This document shows positions 28,652 to 32,000 of a stretch of 32,000 nucleotides of DNA, piece by piece. This stretch comes from Cupriavidus necator (GTDB lineage Bacteria > Pseudomonadota > Gammaproteobacteria > Burkholderiales > Burkholderiaceae), in NCBI RefSeq assembly GCF_016127575.1, contig NZ_CP066019.1, positions 300,001 to 332,000 on the forward strand. Reading direction: 5' to 3'. Under the pieces are notes generated by a model. That model was not told the DNA's origin and did no database searches. It saw only the letters and a list, made by a program, of their open reading frames with translations. Each line of letters begins with the position of its first letter. Position 1 is the first letter of the stretch. A program made the position numbers and the translations under genes.

Positions 28652-29422
28652 TCAGGGCAGGACGTTGCGCGGGTCGGCCTTCAGGACGAGTTCCCACGCC
28701 TCGCGGGCCATCGGCTGGCTCTTCTCTTCCAGCACATGTGCCAGCAGGCCGGCCGAACGGCCCACCAATGCCAGGCCGCGCCCGATCAGCGGGTCCAGTC
28801 CCATCGCGGCGATGATCGCGCCGATGGCGCCGACCACGTTCATCGGCAGCTTGCGGTTGTGCTCGGTCATCAGCACTGCCGAAATGGCTTCCATCAGGCG
28901 CCAGTGCAGGCCGTAGTAACCGTTCTCGCGCGACAGGTCGCGCAGCGCGGGCACACGCGGGTCGCCGTCGACGTGGATGGGGTGGCCCACGCCGAATACT
29001 TGCTGGCGGCGCTCCTTGTGGCGGCGGATCACATCGCGCGCGGCCTGCATGACATCGGCGTCGGTCGCATCGTCGCGCAGCTCTTTCGCGCCTTCGAGCA
29101 GCATCTCGGCCGCGTTCTGCATCGGGCCGAGGAACACGCTGCCCGCGCCAAGCAGGCCGGTCGCCACCGCGCCCTGCAGCGCTTCAGGCGCGCCGATGTA
29201 CGTCAGGCGGGCGGACAGCGAGCTGGGGGTGATGCCATGGTCGGCCGTGGTCACCAGCAGCGCGTTGACCATGACCTTCTCGCGCGGCGTGGGCATGCGC
29301 GAAAGCGTGGTGAAGAAGATCATGTCGACGAAGTCGAACTTGCCGATGATTTCGGTGGACAAATTCTTGCCGCGCACCATGATGGTGTCGGTCGTCGTAT
29401 AGCCGATGTCGGTCTTTACCAT
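28652..29422 (-). CDS. Citrate-synthase-fold protein, citryl-CoA lyase (Ccl)-like
   Basis: Only the last 256 aa of ORF 28652..30595 look real. The product starts MVKTDIGYTTTDTIMVRGKNL. It contains LLVTTADHGITPSSLSAR (cf. ADHE.N.ST) and VFGVGHPIHVDGDPR (cf. GFGHRVY..DPR). The ATG at 29422 overlaps the upstream gene by 7 nt (ATGGTAA). Confidence 0.75.
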   Translation of the reverse strand: MVKTDIGYTTTDTIMVRGKNLSTEIIGKFDFVDMIFFTTLSRMPTPREKVMVNALLVTTADHGITPSSLSARLTYIGAPEALQGAVATGLLGAGSVFLGPMQNAAEMLLEGAKELRDDATDADVMQAARDVIRRHKERRQQVFGVGHPIHVDGDPRVPALRDLSRENGYYGLHWRLMEAISAVLMTEHNRKLPMNVVGAIGAIIAAMGLDPLIGRGLALVGRSAGLLAHVLEEKSQPMAREAWELVLKADPRNVLP

Positions 29423-31581
29423 TGGGAAGGCTCCGTGCCACGGAAGGCGATGACAGCGTCCAGCGCCACCACGCCCTGGCCCTGCGGACGCACCGCGAGG
29501 GGGTTGATTTCGAGTTCGTCGATGCGGTCGGCGTGCCTGGCGACAAAGTCGGACAGCTTCACCAGCGTGTCGGCCAGCGCATCGATGTCGAACGGCGTCT
29601 GGCCGCGGTGGCCCTTGAGCAGTTCGTGGCAGCGCGTCTCGGCGATCATCGCGCGCGCCGATTGCGGCGTGAGCGGCAGCAGTCGCCGGCTGACGTCCTT
29701 GAACAGTTCGATCGCGACACCGCCCAGGCCGAACGTGCAGACATGGCCGAACACCTCGTCGCGGTGGATGCCGACCACGGCTTCCACGAATGGCGACGGC
29801 AGCATCGGCTCGACCAGCACGCCCTCGATACGGTCCGCCGGCGCGGCCTTGCAACCGTTGGCGTAAATTTCCTCGAACGCTGCGCGCGCGGCGTCTTCCG
29901 ACGCGATGCCCAGGCGCACGCCACCGATGTCGGTCTTGTGCGTGATGGCCGCGCTGACGATCTTCATCACCACCTTGCCGGTGCCTTGCGCAGCTGCATT
30001 GCGGAAGGCCTGCGCCGCTTCGTCGGCCGAGGTGGCAACCACGCCGCCCGGTACGGTCACGCCGGCGCTTGCGAGCAGCGCCTTGCCGGCGGCTTCCGAC
30101 AGGGCCGCACAGGCGCCTGCAGCCTTGCGCGGTGCGGTCTCGCCGAGCGCACGCCAGCTGTGGTCGAACTGCGCCTGCCATTTGCCGTACTCGATGAACC
30201 GCTTCACGGCCAGCACCGCGTTGCCGACCGCGCGCATGGGCATCAGGCCGCCCTCGATCATCTTGCGCTGGCCTTCGCCGGTGCGGTCGCTCATCCAGAC
30301 GGGGACGATCGGCGTGGCTTCCTCTGACTGCACGCGCACCATGCTGTCGGCCAGCATGGCGCTGGTCTTGCCGTACTCGACGGGAATCGGGACCAGCACG
30401 AGGTCGGTATTCGGGTCGCCCGCCGTGGCCTTGAGCGCGGCGTAGCCGACCTCGGCATTGACCAGCACCTCGGCGGTCACGTCCACCGGGTTGTCGAACG
30501 CGGCGTAGCCGGGCAGGGCGCGGGCCAGCGCTTCGAGCGTCTGCGGCGCGAACTTCGACAGCGTCAGTCCGGCGATGCCGACCATGTCGGTGCACAGCGC
30601 CGCCGTGCCGCCGGAGAAGCTGTAGACGGCGAGCTGTTCCTTGCCCGTCGGCGTGGCGCGCGACAGCAGCGAGGCCACGTCGATCAGTTCATCGATGTCG
30701 TCCACTTCGATGATGCCGAGCTGGCGGAATACCGCACTGTTGATCTCGGCCACGCCGGCGATGGCGGCGGTGTGCGAGGCGGCGGCCTTGGCGCCGATTT
30801 CCGACTTGCCGACCTTCAGCGCGACGATGGGCTTGCCCCGTCGCGCGGAGTGCAGCGCGGCGGCCATGAAGCGCGGGCCGTTGCGCACGCCTTCCAGCGT
30901 GGTGACGATGACCTTGATGTCGGGCGCATCGGCCATGTAGTGGATGTAGTCGCTGACCTCGAGGTCGGCCTCGTTGCCGCCCGAGCACCACAGGCCGATG
31001 CCGACGCCGCGGTCCATCGACTGGATGAACGAGCGGCCCAGCCCGCCGCCCTGCGTGGCCACGCCGATGGGGCCCGGCCTGGCATTGTCGATGCGCCAGG
31101 CCGGCGAGAACGTCATGCCGAGGCGCGCGTTCATATTGTTCAGGCCGGGGCAGTTCGGGCCATAGATGCGCATGCCGGTCTTCGCGACGATGGCGCGCAT
31201 CTCGGCCTCGGCGGCGCGGCCTTCCTCGCCGGTCTCGCCGAAGCCGGAAGTGAAGACGATGGCGAACTTCACGCCGCACTCGCCGCATTCGCGCAGCGCG
31301 TCGAGCACCATGTCAGCGCGCACGGCCACGATGGCCAGGTCGGGCACGGCGTCAAGGTCGCGCACCGAGGGGTAGCACGGGCGGCCAGAGATTTCCTTGC
31401 GGCCCGGATTGACGAGGTACAGTTCGCCCTGGAATTGCGAGTAGACCGTCAGGTTCTCGAAGGTGCGGGCGCCGATGCTGTCGGGCTTCTCGGAAGCGCC
31501 CACCAGCACGATCGAGCGCGGCTCGACCAGGCGGGTGAGGTCGCTGAACCAGAGGCCGTTGGCTTCCGGTGTTGTCGTCAT
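29416..31581 (-). CDS. ADP-forming (NDP-forming) acyl-CoA synthetase, fused alpha/beta domains (acetate--CoA ligase family)
   Basis: The 721-aa ORF has the CoA-binding N-terminus PRSIVLVGASEKPDSIGAR. It contains GPNCPGL and the phosphohistidine loop AASHTAAIAG. The C-terminal ATP-grasp region contains VVMKIVS..ITHKTDIGGV. The ATG overlaps the upstream MaoC stop as ATGA. Confidence 0.85.
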   Translation of the reverse strand: MTTTPEANGLWFSDLTRLVEPRSIVLVGASEKPDSIGARTFENLTVYSQFQGELYLVNPGRKEISGRPCYPSVRDLDAVPDLAIVAVRADMVLDALRECGECGVKFAIVFTSGFGETGEEGRAAEAEMRAIVAKTGMRIYGPNCPGLNNMNARLGMTFSPAWRIDNARPGPIGVATQGGGLGRSFIQSMDRGVGIGLWCSGGNEADLEVSDYIHYMADAPDIKVIVTTLEGVRNGPRFMAAALHSARRGKPIVALKVGKSEIGAKAAASHTAAIAGVAEINSAVFRQLGIIEVDDIDELIDVASLLSRATPTGKEQLAVYSFSGGTAALCTDMVGIAGLTLSKFAPQTLEALARALPGYAAFDNPVDVTAEVLVNAEVGYAALKATAGDPNTDLVLVPIPVEYGKTSAMLADSMVRVQSEEATPIVPVWMSDRTGEGQRKMIEGGLMPMRAVGNAVLAVKRFIEYGKWQAQFDHSWRALGETAPRKAAGACAALSEAAGKALLASAGVTVPGGVVATSADEAAQAFRNAAAQGTGKVVMKIVSAAITHKTDIGGVRLGIASEDAARAAFEEIYANGCKAAPADRIEGVLVEPMLPSPFVEAVVGIHRDEVFGHVCTFGLGGVAIELFKDVSRRLLPLTPQSARAMIAETRCHELLKGHRGQTPFDIDALADTLVKLSDFVARHADRIDELEINPLAVRPQGQGVVALDAVIAFRGTEPSQW

Positions 31582-32000
31582 TGCGCTTCTCCGGGCGTGC
31601 GGCGCTTGAACAGGCAGGTGGCGGCCATCTCGGCCACGACTTCGCCGCGCTGGTTCACGGCCTTGCGCAGGAAACTGATGACACCGCGCTCCGGACGGCT
31701 GGTCGGCTTCTGTTCGGTGACTTCGATGTCCACGCGGATGGTGTCGCCGATGAAGGTCGGCTTGGGGAACTTCAGGCGGTTTTCCAGCACGCTGAACAGC
31801 GAGCCCTCGAAGAACTGGTTCGGGATCGAGCGCGAGGTCAGGCCGGCCATGAACGCGGCGACCAGCATGCCGTGGGCGATGCGCTGGCCGAAGATGGTGC
31901 CCTTGGCGTACTCGGCATCGACGTGGACTTTGTTGAAGTCGCCGGTCAGGGCGGCGAAGGCTGCCACGTCGGCCTCGGTGATGGTACGCGACGAGGTGCT
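31578..32000 (-). CDS. MaoC-family single hot-dog (R)-specific enoyl-CoA hydratase/dehydratase; N-terminus beyond the window
   Basis: The frame is open from 32000 down to the stop at 31578. It reads ...STSSRTITEADVAAFAALTGDFNKVHVDAEYAKGTIFGQRIAHGMLVAAF, the MaoC signature. The track lists only the internal Met form, 31578..31967. Confidence 0.8.
   Translation of the reverse strand, partial: STSSRTITEADVAAFAALTGDFNKVHVDAEYAKGTIFGQRIAHGMLVAAFMAGLTSRSIPNQFFEGSLFSVLENRLKFPKPTFIGDTIRVDIEVTEQKPTSRPERGVISFLRKAVNQRGEVVAEMAATCLFKRRTPGEAQ

Noticed and set aside
26199-28697. An 832-aa ORF, the longest in the track
   Set aside because: Only its C-terminal 408 aa (from ATG 27425) look like a protein, the CoA-transferase. 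The N-terminal 424 aa are Arg/Pro/Gly-rich low-complexity sequence. They run in an alternative frame across the well-supported ACAD gene (27422..28591). This is a high-GC run-on artefact.
27812-29866. A 684-aa plus-strand ORF, and similar long antisense ORFs (4495..5328, 5362..6408, 8217..9020, 11722..13014, 20009..20992, 23997..25064, 24745..25839, 26175..27413)
   Set aside because: All lie antisense to genes with clear family motifs. They have Arg/Ala/Gly/His-rich compositions with no recognisable domains. They are typical shadow ORFs of high-GC genomes, which lack stop codons on the opposite strand.
28652-30595. A 647-aa ORF suggesting a large protein
   Set aside because: The first roughly 390 aa are Arg/Gly/Ala-rich nonsense overlapping the acyl-CoA synthetase gene in another frame. 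The recognisable citrate-synthase-fold sequence starts at ATG 29422.

Overview
High-GC DNA (GC not computed). The gene content points to a Burkholderiales accessory or secondary-replicon region, probably Cupriavidus/Ralstonia-like: three Bug/TctC-type solute-binding proteins, four LysR regulators plus one IclR, and a PhaZa-type intracellular PHB depolymerase. I support about 29 coding genes, 2 decayed genes and a few hairpins, promoters and operator candidates. I saw no rRNA, tRNA, CRISPR array, IS element or integrase. From left to right: (1) a LysR-controlled operon of Bug, an Ldh_2 oxidoreductase and a signal-less binding-protein-like gene; (2) an MBL-fold remnant; (3) a type-2 argC with its own divergent LysR; (4) a frameshifted PEP-mutase/isocitrate-lyase-family remnant; (5) a small secreted protein; (6) phaZ; (7) a LysR/MFS divergent pair; (8) a YheS-like ABC-F ATPase; (9) a YcaC-like isochorismatase-family hydrolase plus a mini-ORF; (10) a patatin-like lipoprotein; (11) an IclR-controlled operon of Bug, RraA-like aldolase, 2-hydroxyacid dehydrogenase, Bug and SMP-30 lactonase; (12) a roughly 2.3 kb islet of visibly lower GC carrying a translationally coupled XRE-HTH/minimal-nucleotidyltransferase pair; (13) a tightly coupled seven-gene CoA-ester operon (MaoC, ADP-forming acyl-CoA synthetase, citryl-CoA-lyase-like protein, acyl-CoA dehydrogenase, family III CoA-transferase, Mch-like hydratase, HpcH/CitE-like lyase). 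The best candidate for an undescribed system is the HTH/NTase two-gene module at 22198-23426, which looks like a toxin-antitoxin or abortive-infection module. The second is the unusual CoA operon, which pairs an ACD-type ligase with a citrate-synthase-fold lyase. All family assignments come from motif recognition by eye and no database search was run.
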